Shown: positions 1 to 12,304, numbered from the whole stretch's first letter. The stretch is DNA of 63,697 nt, filler included, from Octopus bimaculoides (GCF_001194135.2; 7 parts of 5 records of this genome joined end to end with filler, not necessarily neighbours in it); one strand, 5' to 3'. A program made the numbers and translations. The notes: generated by a model not told the origin, from the letters alone.

Positions 1-869
1 TATATATATATATATATATCATCATCATCATCATCATATAACGTCCGCTTTCCATGCTAGCATGGGTTGGACGATTTGACTGAGGACTGGTGAAACCGGA
101 TGGCTACACCAGGCTCACTGTATCTTACAGAAGTATGAACACATCTAAATTTCAGTAAAATTGCCATTACTCTGATAATGTTGAAGGAAATCAAATGAAA
201 TTTATACTGAATAAAATATATTACACATGCAAACATTAAACAAATTTGGAACACAAAACAATAAACATTTTCAAAGATATGAACGAAATATTAATTTTCA
301 AACGATACAAAAACATGTACACCCTAAAGGACCCCCATGCTTATCCTTCTCCCTATCTTTGCTGTGAAGTCTTTCTCTTGCAGGGGTCAGTCAGTGCCAG
401 GTAAAAAGCACCCAGCACACACGGTAAGGTGGTTGGTGTTAGGGAAAGGCACCCAGTGATAGAAACCAGGCTAAAACAGACAATTGGAGCCTGAGCAGTT
501 CTTACCAGCTCCTGTCAAACCACCCAACCCATGCCAGCATGGAAAACAGATGTTAAATGATGATGATGATGATGATGTGTGAGAATATCATCATCATCAT
601 CGTCGTCGTCGTTTAACGTCCGCTTTCCATGCTGGCATGGGTTGGACGNNNNNNNNNNNNNNNNNNNNNNNNNNNNNNNNNNNNNNNNNNNNNNNNNNNN
701 NNNNNNNNNNNNNNNNNNNNNNNNNNNNNNNNNNNNNNNNNNNNNNNNNNNNNNNNNNNNNNNNNNNNNNNNNNNNNNNNNNNNNNNNNNNNNNNNNNNN
801 NNNNNNNNNNNNNNNNNNNNNNNNNNNNNNNNNNNNNNNNNNNNNNNNNNNNNNNNNNNATCATCATCA

Positions 870-1320
870 TCATCATCATCGTCGTTTAACGTCCGCTTTC
901 CATGCTGGCATGGGTTGGACGATTTGACTGAGGACTGGTGAAACCGGATGGCAACACCAGGCTCCAATCTGATTTGGCAGAGTTTCTACAGCCGGATGCC
1001 CTTCCTAACGCCAACCACTCTGAGAGTGTAGTGGGTGCTTTTACATGCCACCGGCACGAAGGCCAGTCAGGCGGTACTGGCAACGGCCACGCTCAAAATG
1101 GTGCATCTTATGTGCCACCCGCACAAGAACCAGTCCAGGGGCACTGGCAACGATCTTACTTGGCTTGCCGGGTCTTCTCACACACAGCACGTTTCCAAAG
1201 GTCTCGGTCAATAGTCATCGCCTCGGTGAGGCCCAATGTACGAAGGTCTTGCCTCACCACCTCAGCCCAGGTCTTCCTGGGCCTACCTCTTCCACGGGTT
1301 CCCTCAATCTCTTATTTTTA
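870..1320 (-). mobile_element. RTE-associated 3' tail / SINE (family D) with (GAT)n tail
   Basis: Contains the GGTTGGCGTTAGGAAGGGCATCC core and ends ...CATGGAAAGCGGACGTTAAACGA(TGA)n on the minus strand. Further pieces lie at 19-116, 380-650, 7385-7690, 13277-13655, 14490-14670, 25550-25810 and 27550-27660. Confidence 0.8.
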
Positions 1321-2259
1321 ACCTGTTTCAGTCATTGGACTGCAGCCATAATGGAGCACCACTTTGAAGAGATCGACCCCGGACTTGCTATTCTTAAGTC
1401 TACCAAATTTACTCGCATGGCATTGGTGGGCCTAGGGCTGAAGTAGAAGACACTTGTCTCAGGTGTCGCGTAGTGGGACTGAACCCAAAATTACATGGTA
1501 GCAACGGAAGCCACTGAACCACACAGCCATGTAAAAAACATGTATGTATATCTATCTATATATGGCTGTGTGGTTAAGAAGTTTATCTATGGACCCTTTT
1601 GATTACTATTTGGTTCTGGTTGACCCCCATAGCCATTCAATGTTGAGCCCTTTAGCATTTAAACCAGCCATATCCAGCCCAAACGTGCCTCCTGTTTCAT
1701 AATGGCCGGATCTAGTTCTCTCACATCTATCCTACAAAGTCGTTCTAAATATAGACAGCAACATCATCAAAATCTGAAATCTATGAGATAATACATTTAT
1801 TCAAGGACTTTCGAGCGAGATCGTTGCCAGTGTCCCTGGACTGGCTCTTGTGCGGGTGGCACATAAAATACACCATTTTGAGCGTGGCCGTTGCCAGTAC
1901 CGCCTGACTGGAATAAGTTTTACATCTGTCACAGTAATTTGAACACATGAGGGTTAAAAACAAGTTTTACAGAAACCTCTTACAAAATTCCTCTTTTCTT
2001 ATTTACACATTCCCTTGCGTAGGCTTAACTATGTAAAACGTGGTTCTCAACCATTTTTATTTATCTCTGGAACCTGTTGATTCCTATTTTGTTCTGGTGG
2101 ATGCCCCATAGCCATTCTGTGTTTAAAAATTAGTTTTCTAGAAACATCTTCCAAAATTCCTATTTTGTTTATCACACATCCCCCCTTGTATGCGTTGAAC
2201 TATGTAGAACGTCTGAAAGAGAAACCTAGCTGTTTCTTGCGACAAACAACTCAAGCAAA

Positions 2260-2631
2260 ACTTTACGCTTTTACTTGTTTCAGTCATTTGACTGCGGCCA
2301 TGCTGGAGCACCGCCTTTAGTCGAGCAAATCGACCCCAGGACTTATTCTTTGTAAGCCTAGTACTTATTCTATTGGTCACTTTTTGCCGAACCGCTAAGT
2401 TACGGGGACGTAAACACACCAGCATCGGTTGTCAAGCGAAGTTGGGGGGGGGGACAAACACAGACACACAAACATATACATACGACGGGCTTCTTTCAGT
2501 TTCCGTCTACCAAATCCACTCACAAGGCTTTGGTCGGCCCGAGGCTATAGCAGAAGACACTTGCCCAAGGTGCCACGCAGTGGGACTGAACCCAGAACCA
2601 TGTGGTTGGTAAGCAAGCTACTTACCACACA
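2260..2631 (-). mobile_element. tRNA-derived SINE family A (CORE-like, internal microsatellite)
   Basis: Reverse complement of GGCTGTGTGGTAAGTAGCTTGCTTACCAACCACATGGTTC...GGCACCTTGGGCAAGTGTCTTC...AAATGACTGAAACAAGTAAAAG. Confidence 0.9.
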
Positions 2632-3653
2632 GCCAAAATTCAAGTATGGATCCCCATTTTACTATTTTGCTAGCATGCCACCCTACCCCACTCCCAAATA
2701 TTATATGGATCCCCAGGGGTCATAAGGACCCCGTGGATCATAGAACCACTGCACAAAATGGAAAAAACTTAAATCCTAAGAGACATACATGCATACACAC
2801 ATCCAAGTCGCTATGGGAGATAAACGTGTGTGTGTGTGTGTAAGCGCGTGTGTGAGTATGTGTTTAGACTAGATTTTAAAGTCGGTAAATGAGTCATTGT
2901 TAATATCAACTCTTTATATGGAAAGAGGTTATACGGAATTGAGGACGGCGAGTGTGTGTGTATGTCTAAGTGTACTAGCATCGGTCACTCAGCAACTAGT
3001 GCAAATTATATATATATATATATATATATTGAAATCGTGCGTGGGTGTGTATAAAACATACAGGAAATCAAGTCTGCAAATTTTTATATATATATACGGA
3101 AGTAAAGACCTCGTACGTGTGTATACACAGACCATACACAATCACTAAATACGTATATATAGAGGGTTAAAGCTTTTAATGTATCAGTGACTATACGTGT
3201 ATGTAGAGAGATATAACACCGACATAGACGTATTATGTATGTGTATATATATATATATATATATAAACAGAGTGCTTGTATATATTTATATACATACAGA
3301 CATACACAGGGTAGCAAAGGGAATATAAGAACAATCGTTACTAAAGTGACCATTTTACGTGTGCCTTTTGGTTAGATTTTCAGGTTTGAAGGGGGACCTT
3401 CCCTTCATCCCAACCGTCTAGGAATCCCTATAACAAAAAGGCCACAATCAGTTCCCTGCCTCTTCACAAACCGATTAAAAAAAGAAAAAGAAACACACAC
3501 ACACGTGTAGATACGGCTAATAATTACAGGTTTGCACCTCCCCACGTCTTTCTGGTAATTTTTTAAATAAAATTTAGCGGATGAATTTTCGAAAGAATAG
3601 AATTAGGACTCGTATCCTAAGATCGTCGATTTCGGGACTAGTATCGAAAGATC

Positions 3654-3708
<55 letters not shown>

Positions 3709-3789
3709 CAAAGAATATATATACATGTATACACACATATATGTACATACTTACATCTACATGTGTATATACATGCATATCAGGGTACA

Positions 3790-3902
3790 GGACGTTAGAA
3801 CAATAAACTACAGACAACGGAACGAACACATAGGAAAACGGAAAGCCCCTTGGAATATCCCTTCATCAGCTGTCTCTATTCTATCTAGACGTTTCGAAGA
3901 CC

Positions 3903-3938
<36 letters not shown>

Positions 3939-4090
3939 TTATCAAATTGAGTCATCTTGTTCCATTTCGCAAAGGGTTTGCAAGGCACTAAGCAGGCCTC
4001 AAGAGACACACTCGTGTCCATAGAACAGGATTACCGCTTTATTTTACTGAATTCCCTTTTTGTCGTTCAAGACGAGAGAATCCATCATGG
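3790..4090 (-). mobile_element. Penelope pLTR-like relic carrying a GACAGCTGATGAAGGG motif
   Basis: Minus strand reads TTCGAAACGTC...GACAGCTGATGAAGGGATATTCC followed by a T-rich tract. The same motif occurs at 37665-37680. No ORF. Confidence 0.35.
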
Positions 4091-4669
4091 ATAAGATAGA
4101 TAGATAGAGAGATATGGCATGCTCAAGCTTGGCTCCAGTTAAATGACTGAAACAAGTAAAAGATATATATTACCGGAAGGTAATGAAAACACTCCATACT
4201 TGCACCACCGAGATACACAAACACAGAAGTGGTATCTTGGACTGTGATCTTTCAGCTCATATATCAAAAACCGATACATAGGCATGTTTACAAGACAATA
4301 CAGAGGGCAGACATTACATATAACACACATCACACGTGCTTATAAGCTAGATCAGAGAGAACGGGTGACAGATAGATAGGGAGCTGGACAGATTAGGCCA
4401 CAAACTCGCCCATACACGAGTACTGATGCCTCGCCCAATGCCTCTACGAGGTCACTTCACCTACAAGACAGCAACAGGATCAACAGAAATCTCCTTGAAA
4501 CCACACCCAGCCATTACAAACCAGGAAGGACACACGAAATAATATATACTGTCCTANNNNNNNNNNTATATATAGGCTACAATGGCCATGGCTGGAACGC
4601 ACTACATCACAGGTCTTCCGCTTCGAGCAAGGTTGACTAAGGGCTACTATAGCTACAATATCAACCACA

Positions 4670-5521
4670 TGTGGTGAGATTTAAAGGTAGAAGGGCTTGA
4701 GAGTTCTAGAAGGAAATGGGTCCAAGTTTTTTAAATGATTAACTTACTTGCACAAAACCGCTTTATTCGAACCTGCGCCACCAGCACCGCAGCTCTTCTC
4801 CACCACAGCTGCACTCGCCATCCCGCCACTTTCTAATCCGTGTTCGATTCTCTAGTCCTCTCCTAGGTGGTGTATAAATATACATACACAGTTTGTGTGT
4901 GAGTGTGTGTGGATTTGTGTGTGCGAGCGTATACGAATCCCTTGGTATATAATATAATATATAATATATACACGTTAAATGTGTGTATATATTATATGTA
5001 CAGCTGTTCGTACGCCGTAGAGATGTTGTTATAAACGTACGTTATATATCGTGTCACGTGTATACACATACATATATACATGTTTAGTTGTGTGTATATA
5101 TGTGTGTATGTATGTATATATATATATATATATATATCTGTGTGTGAGTATATATGTATGCAGGTATATATATATATATATATATGTATGTATAAATTAT
5201 ATATATATAATATATATATATGTGTATATATATATATATATATATTGTATAGTAAATAAAAAAGTGTTATTAGGGAGGAGAGAAATAAAGGGGGAGATAA
5301 TTACGGGTATGTCTGAAGAAAGGCCCCTTACGTGTGACAGGAAGAACGACCCCTGTGATGTAAAAGAAGAGATCGAGGAGGGGATCAATGCTGTGTTGCC
5401 ACAGCTTCTCTCAACAGTCCGGAGGACGATGAGAGATTTAAACAACTAGAGAGATATTATAAACAAATATGGAGGGGAGCGAAAAAATAGTTTTTAGAGA
5501 GAGTCAACGTTACGTGCTACA
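4670..5521 (-). mobile_element. Probable solo LTR
   Basis: TGT...ACA termini (TGTGGTGAG...GTGCTACA). Flanks CCACA/CAACA are a 5-bp TSD with one mismatch. A minus-strand AATAAA lies about 90 bp from the minus-strand 3' end. Confidence 0.5.
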
Positions 5522-5955
5522 CAACAAACCACTACGTCACTGTATGTTGTGTGTGCGCGCGTTTCCATTGATATGTGTATGTGTGTGTGTGTGTTATATA
5601 TGTATTTGTGTATATGTATATTCAAATGCATTTATATGTGTGTGTGCGTGTCATAATGCCCAAGTATTTCAGCTGATCACTCTCAAGTCCTGATGCGTAC
5701 AATGAATGAATACATGTATGTGTGCGTGTATATACATGTATATGTATTCATATACGCATACATATATATATGTATACACACATACACACACATATAATCG
5801 GATGGAGTTATCTCCCTCTTGTGAAAACCGGTGAAGCAATTTCACATTCCTTCTTTCTTTTTTTACCCGTACTGTTTTTTTCACTGAGAAATATTTAAAG
5901 AATTTTATTTAAAATACTTAATGAAATTGCTAAAGAACAATAAAAATGCCGTCCT

Positions 5956-6354
5956 AGGAGGGGCTGTGTGGTAAGTAGCTTGCTTACCAACCACATGGTT
6001 CCGGGTTCAGTCCCACTGCGTGGCACCTTGGGCAAGTGTCTTCTACTATAGCATCGGGCCCACCAAAGCCTTGTGAGTGGATTTGGTAGACGGAAACTGA
6101 AAGAAGCCCGTCGTATATATGTATATATATATGTGTGTGTGTATATGTTTGTGTGTCTGTGTTTATCCCCCCAACATCACTTGACAACCAATCTTCGTGT
6201 GTTTACATCCCTGTTACTTAGCGGTTCGGCAAAAGAGACCGACAGAATAAGTACTAGGCTTCCAAAGAATAAGTCCTGGGGTCGATTTGCTCGACTAAAG
6301 AAGGTGGTGCTCCAGCATTGCCGCAGTCAAATGACTGAAACAAGTAAAAGAGTA
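5956..6354 (+). mobile_element. SINE family A, full length
   Basis: Head, CORE-like block, internal (TA)/(TG) tract and AAAAGAGTA tail match the other family A copies. Confidence 0.9.
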
Positions 6355-7029
6355 TAGTCGGAATATTTAATATTGACTATGTGTTTGCTGAATACTAGTT
6401 ACTGTACTGATATTTGGCTGGAAATTAATAAGTTTTAGCCTCGAATTACCTATGCACTCCTCCAGATTCAGTTGGTTTTTGGTTAATAGTTCAGCATCGT
6501 TAATGCTCAGAATCGGTTTTGGTCTTTATTGATCCATTGGATTACTTCATATAACCATCACCCCATCACCAGGGGGTCAGCACTGGTCACTTTGCCACCT
6601 CCTGGATAGCCACATAGACCCCCAAGGGTTAATACTGACATGTTGGCCAATCCCTGGTCTAAATAATGACTTTTTTCTTTTTTTTTTTTTCATGAAATTT
6701 TGTGGCTGTGTGGTAAGAAGCTTCCTTTCCAACCATATGGTCCTGGGGATTCAGTCCCACTGTTTGGCACCTTGGGCAAGTGTTTTCCACTATAGCCTTG
6801 GGCCGACTAAAGCCTTGTGAGTACGTATGTGTCTGTCTTCCTCTACTTGACTATTGGTGTTGGTGTGTTTATGTCCCTGTAACTTAGCAGTTTAGCAAAC
6901 AAGAATGAATATATACCAAGCTTAACAAAATTAAGTCTTGGAGTCGATTCATTCAACTAAAATTTCTTCAAGGCAATGCCCCAGCATGGCCACAGTCTAA
7001 TGACTGAAATATGTAAACAACAGAAGATA

Positions 7030-7315
7030 TGTTAACAGAAAAGGGCCAATCATTCTTCATGACAATGCTTGATCCAGAAGTTGAGAGAACTTGGCTACGA
7101 AGTTCTTCCCCACCCAGCTTATTCCCCAGACTTTTCTCCTCTACTGACTTACCACTTCTTCAAACACCTTGATGGATTCCTGCTAGAGAACATGTTCCAA
7201 AATCAAACCGATGCTGAAAGTGTGTTCAAAGAGTTCATCAGCTCCAGAACTCCAGATTTTTATGTTACCAGAATAAACAAACTTATATCTCATTGGCAAA
7301 AATGTGATGAATTTC
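7030..7315 (+). mobile_element. Mariner transposase C-terminal fragment
   Basis: Translates to ..HDNA..QKLRELGYEVLPHPAYSPDFSP..YHFFKHLDGFL..WQKC, which includes the mariner YSPDL-type motif. Confidence 0.9.
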
Positions 7316-7859
7316 ACATTTCAAAACGTTGCTTACTTTTTACTCTGCATGTATGAATGTGTATATATATATATATATATATTTCGTCGTCGTCGTTTAA
7401 CGTCCGCTTTCCATGCTAGCATGGCTCCAATCTGATTTGGCAGTGTTTCTACAGCTGGATGCCCTTCCTAACGCCAAGTACTCAGAGAGTGTAGTGGGTG
7501 CTTTTACGTGTCACCCGCACGAAGGCCAGTCAGCCGGTACTGGCAACGGCCACGCTCATCTCACTCGAGAAACCTCATGTATCACCTGCACAAGAGCCAG
7601 TCCAGGGGCACCAGCAACGATCCCGCTCGAAAATCCCACAACAACCCCACACAAGAGCCAGTCTAGTGGCACTGGCAACGATCTCGCTCAAAGGGCACCG
7701 GCACTTTGTATTTTGTGTTTGTCCCCCACTATCACTTGACAACCAATGTTGATATGTTTATGTCTTCCTAACTTAACAGTTTGGCAAAAGAGGTGTCTTG
7801 TTATTACACCTTTGAGGTGTCTTGTTATTACTATTTTCTGCCACTATCTTTGGAAATCT

Positions 7860-8510
7860 TCCATGCAAAGACTCCTCCTAGTCAGATAATCTTGCTTCAT
7901 TTTTCTGGTTTTTAAACTACTTTTGGCTTTTTGGTTTCCCTATCACCTACTGTTACTCGGGCAGCTCTTAATGAAATTTCCTCACTATAACCTACATAGG
8001 AGGTTATATCTACTCTAACTAACTAACTCCAGTCTTCTACTGATATTAAACCTCTACCACCTTCCCTCCTAGGTAAATACATTCTTGATACACCTGCTCT
8101 AGGATGAAGTCCTCCATTCATAGTGAATACCTCCCTAGTTCTGTCTAGCTTTGCAAATTCAGATTTTGTCCAATCTACAAAAGCTGCTGAGTATCTAAGT
8201 AATGTTACTGCCCAAGTACTTACAGTCTTAACTAGATCTGAACCATTTAGTTTTGACTTCATTAGCTTCCTCATCTTTCTGTTGTACTCCTCAATTTTTG
8301 TTTTCATTTCTGTAGTCTGTCAGATTCTAATACTCCTAGGTACTTATAACTCTCTCCTCCTTTCAATGATTCTAATGTCTGACCATCTGGTAATTAGATG
8401 CCATCACTGTTGAATACCTGTCCCCCTTTCATGACTAATATTGTACACTTCTCTATGCCCAATTCCATGTCTCTATCTTTGCTGTAGAGTCTTACAGTCT
8501 GTATTAAGGA
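7860..8510 (-). mobile_element. R4/Dong-clade non-LTR retrotransposon, RT C-terminal fragment (degenerate)
   Basis: Translates to ESYKYLGVLE and TWAVTLLRYS..W..SE..LDR..M.GGLHPR..RMYLPRREGGRGL. Confidence 0.85.
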
Positions 8511-8574
8511 ATCTATCTCTATTTCATTAGGCCACAAACTCGCCCGTTCTGCAAATTATATTGATTCTAGAACG

Positions 8575-8644
8575 TCTATGCTGATGTGAACACGGATGTT
8601 GTTATGTAAGGGAAACGTTAATGTTCGAAACTGCAGTCCATAGA
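8575..8644 (+). ncRNA. Type I hammerhead ribozyme (A9 position is U) inside a Penelope/retrozyme-like repeat of about 8526-8890
   Basis: TCTATG-CTGATGT-GAACA..TGTTC-GAAA-CTGCAG-TC/-CATAGA. Helix I is 6 bp, helix II is at least 5 bp, helix III is the palindrome ACTGCAGT, and the GUC cleavage triplet is at 8636-8638. Confidence 0.7.
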
Positions 8645-10420
8645 TAATTCTTTATTCTGTATATTTCTCATTTTGTCCTGTTCTGGTGTTTTTGCGAAAT
8701 TTTTCTGGAGAACATTCTTTTTCTTTGTGGTTGTGTCAATGATGACCTCTTTCTAGCATATCGGATGTCCACCTAGTGGTCATCCCTTATACACTTGTAG
8801 TACAATTTTTTTCTGAATTTTCAGATTTTTTTATACGCTAGGCCACTTGGTTTTAAATTGAATAAATATTCTATTTATCACCCTGTCTATATAAATTATA
8901 TATATATATAAATATATACACACACATATATATATATATACATACATATATACATATACATACATACATATATATATACATATATATATTNNNNNNNNNN
9001 NNNNNNNNNNNNNNNNNNNNNNNNNNNNNNNNNNNNNNNNNNNNNNNNNNNNNNNNNNNNNNNNNNNNNNNNNNNNNNNNNNNNNNNNNNNNNNNNNNNN
9101 NNNNNNNNNNNNNNNNNNNNNNNNNNNNNNNNNNNNNNNNNNNNNNNNNNNNNNNNNNNNNNNNNNNNNNNNNNNNNNNNNNNNNNNNNNNNNNNNNNNN
9201 NNNNNNNNNNNNNNNNNNNNNNNNNNNNNNNNNNNNNNNNNNNNNNNNNNNNNNNNNNNNNNNNNNNNNNNNNNNNNNNNNNNNNNNNNNNNNNNNNNNN
9301 NNNNNNNNNNNNNNNNNNNNNNNNNNNNNNNNNNNNNNNNNNNNNNNNNNNNNNNNNNNNNNNNNNNNNNNNNNNNNNNNNNNNNNNNNNNNNNNNNNNN
9401 NNNNNNNNNNNNNNNNNNNNNNNNNNNNNNNNNNNNNNNNNNNNNNNNNNNNNNNNNNNNNNNNNNNNNNNNNNNNNNNNNNNNNNNNNNNNNNNNNNNN
9501 NNNNNNNNNNNNNNNNNNNNNNNNNNNNNNNNNNNNNNNNNNNNNNNNNNNNNNNNNNNNNNNNNNNNNNNNNNNNNNNNNNNNNNNNNNNNNNNNNNNN
9601 NNNNNNNNNNNNNNNNNNNNNNNNNNNNNNNNNNNNNNNNNNNNNNNNNNNNNNNNNNNNNNNNNNNNNNNNNNNNNNNNNNNNNNNNNNNNNNNNNNNN
9701 NNNNNNNNNNNNNNNNNNNNNNNNNNNNNNNNNNNNNNNNNNNNNNNNNNNNNNNNNNNNNNNNNNNNNNNNNNNNNNNNNNNNNNNNNNNNNNNNNNNN
9801 NNNNNNNNNNNNNNNNNNNNNNNNNNNAATCGTCTCTCTTGCACACCACAACTGATGCTTCTAATGTTCAGCTTTTCTCTCAAGATACTTACACTCTGAC
9901 GGGTATTCACATTGACATTACACATCCAACGGAGCAATATATATATATATATATATAAATATATACACACACATATATATATATATACATACATATATAC
10001 ATATACATACATACATATATATATACATATATATATTTATATGTATGTATATTTATGTGTGGGTGTCTTTGTGTCTGTGTTTGTCCCCTCTACCATTGCT
10101 TGACAACTGATGTTGGTGTGTTTACGTCCCCATAACTTAGTGGTTCGCCGAAGAAGAGACCAATAGAATAAGTACTAGACTTACAGAGAATAAGTCTCGG
10201 TTGTCGATTTCTTCGACTAAAAAAAAAANNNNNNNNNNNNNNNNNNNNNNNNNNNNNNNNNNNNNNGGGGGGGGGGGGGAACCACTTTAAGGTGGTACTC
10301 CAGTATGGCCGCAATCAAATAAATGAAACAAGTAAAAGAATAAAAAGATACAGGCCAGGTGTAAACTAGTTTCGAAAATTAAATACTTTATAATCACAAA
10401 TAAGTTCTTCTACCACCATG

Positions 10421-10454
<34 letters not shown>

Positions 10455-10713
10455 CTGTCCTTATTGTCATGGGCANNNNNNNNNNNNNNNNNNNNNNNNN
10501 NNNNNNNNNNNNNNNNNNNNNNNNNNNNNNNNNNNNNNNNNNNNNNNNNNNNNNNNNNNNNNNNNNNNNNNNNNNAAGGAAAAGAAAATGTCCAGATTTC
10601 TTTAGAATATTTGTTGCGACATCTGAAAAAGAAAAAGGGAAAATAAAATTAAGGATCAATTTCAGAAAAAGTTGGGGGTTTTTTTTTTCTATTTTCAAAA
10701 AACAAGCAAAAAA

Positions 10714-11160
10714 TTGGCTGTGTGGTAAGAAGCTTGCTTACCAACCACATGGTTCCGGGTTCAGTCCCACTGCGTGACACTTTGGGAAAGTGTCTTCTAC
10801 TATAGCCTCGGGCCAACCAAAGCCTTGTGAGTGGATTTGGGAGACGGAAACTGAAAGAACCCCGTTGTATATATGTGTATATATATATATGTATGTATGT
10901 TTGTGTGTCTGTGTTTGTCCCCCCAACATCGCTTGACAACCGATGGTGGTGTGTTTACGTACCCGTAACTAAGCGGTTCGGCANNNNNNNNNNTGGTGGT
11001 GTGTTTACGTACCCGTAACTAAGCGGTTCGGCAAAAGAGACCGACAGAATAAGTACTAGGCTTCCAAAGAATAAGTCCTGGAGTTGATTTGCTCGACTAA
11101 AGAAGTGGTGCTCCAGCATAGCCGCAGTTGAATGACTGAAACAAGTAAAAGAGTAAAAGA
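10714..11160 (+). mobile_element. SINE family A with a small gap and local duplication
   Basis: Matches the family consensus; a 30-bp block is repeated across the 10984-10993 gap. Confidence 0.85.
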
Positions 11161-11295
11161 GCATCATCATCAATGTCTTAACGTTTACTTTTCCATGCTA
11201 GCATGGGTTAAGGCAAAGGTTAATGAGGATAGGTTTTTCTACAGCGAGATGTCCTTGTCACCACACCTCACCTGTTCCCAGGTAAATGTTTTGCC

Positions 11296-11761
11296 AACAA
11301 CTTGCACAAGCAAGTGCTACCAGTCGATAGCCCCCCCGCATACCGGAAGCCAACAAATGTATGGGGTCACCAGGAGAGAATGCGTGCCGTTTCGGGGCCT
11401 ACCTCTCGACGGCATCATTGCGCACTGCCCCCCCCCCCTCATTGATATGAGGCCCCGCTTGCTAGATCAACTGGTTATCAAATAAAGCTCAATATTCTTC
11501 TGCCATTGCTTATCGTCTCTTTTTAACCGAATCCAGTGGCTAACCTTCTCCACTGTATTTTGCACATCGGTCATGGTGATATTTACTTTATGATGAGTTA
11601 GGCCTAACGATAACAACAGCTGCCTCATACTGTGTCCAACGTATCCTCTACATCCGATTCCGATTGGAAAACGCTCCACTTTCCAACCTGCATCTTCTCA
11701 TTCCTCAAGAAGGCTTACATAACGGTCAGATTTTCTATGACTGGATGCTCTTCCTGTCGCC
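11296..11761 (-). mobile_element. 3' end of a HERO/NeSL-like (RLE-endonuclease) non-LTR retrotransposon, inserted in another repeat
   Basis: Translates to HRKSDRYVSLLEE*EDAGWKVERFPIGIGCRGYVG..LLSLG..EKVSHWIRLKR..W, followed by about 170 nt of 3' UTR. The host repeat resumes at GGACATGTTTTTGCGGAAGATTGG. Confidence 0.75.
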
Positions 11762-11857
11762 GGACATGTTTTTGCGGAAGATTGGAAAGAAAGGACACCG
11801 CTTGCATGACGGTGACACTTGCTTACAACTATCACAACGACATCAAAACTAGGGAAC

Positions 11858-11892
<35 letters not shown>

Positions 11893-12304
11893 CATGTGTA
11901 ATGTGCACACACACTTATATACTGACACACTCACACGCATGTAAGTACAGATACACTGAACAATGATCGTTTACTTACCTGGCCTGAATACGCGTAAAGG
12001 ACATTCTGTTGGCCAGACTGCTCTGTTGACAAGATGTTATTTGCTAATGTGGCTGAAATGAGAAAACAGATTTAATTTTATCCTCTTATTCGTTTCAGGG
12101 CACCATGCAATATCTTTTTCTGGCTTGTTTATTCCAACAACAAGAACAACAACACCTGGTGATGTTGCTCCCAACCTGTACCGACCCTTGTGTCGACTGA
12201 CCCTTTGGCTATCATCAGTGGCATAGAGAAGGGAGATTTGCATGAAAGGATTACAGCATATTTTCCTTGAAAAAATTTTGTGCTTGGGAGAGGAAGTTTC
12301 CAGG

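Noticed and set aside
75-105. CTGAGGA-CTGGT-GAAAC in family D copies, which resembles a hammerhead core
   Set aside because: Only 5 nt lie between the core words, so there is no helix II. There is no UH junction, GAAA is not kept in the 13330 copy, and it is antisense to the element.
8831-10012. Long ORFs of 300-480 aa here and at 27809-28873 and 37210-38670
   Set aside because: They are mostly N-runs plus translated (TA)/(TG) microsatellites.
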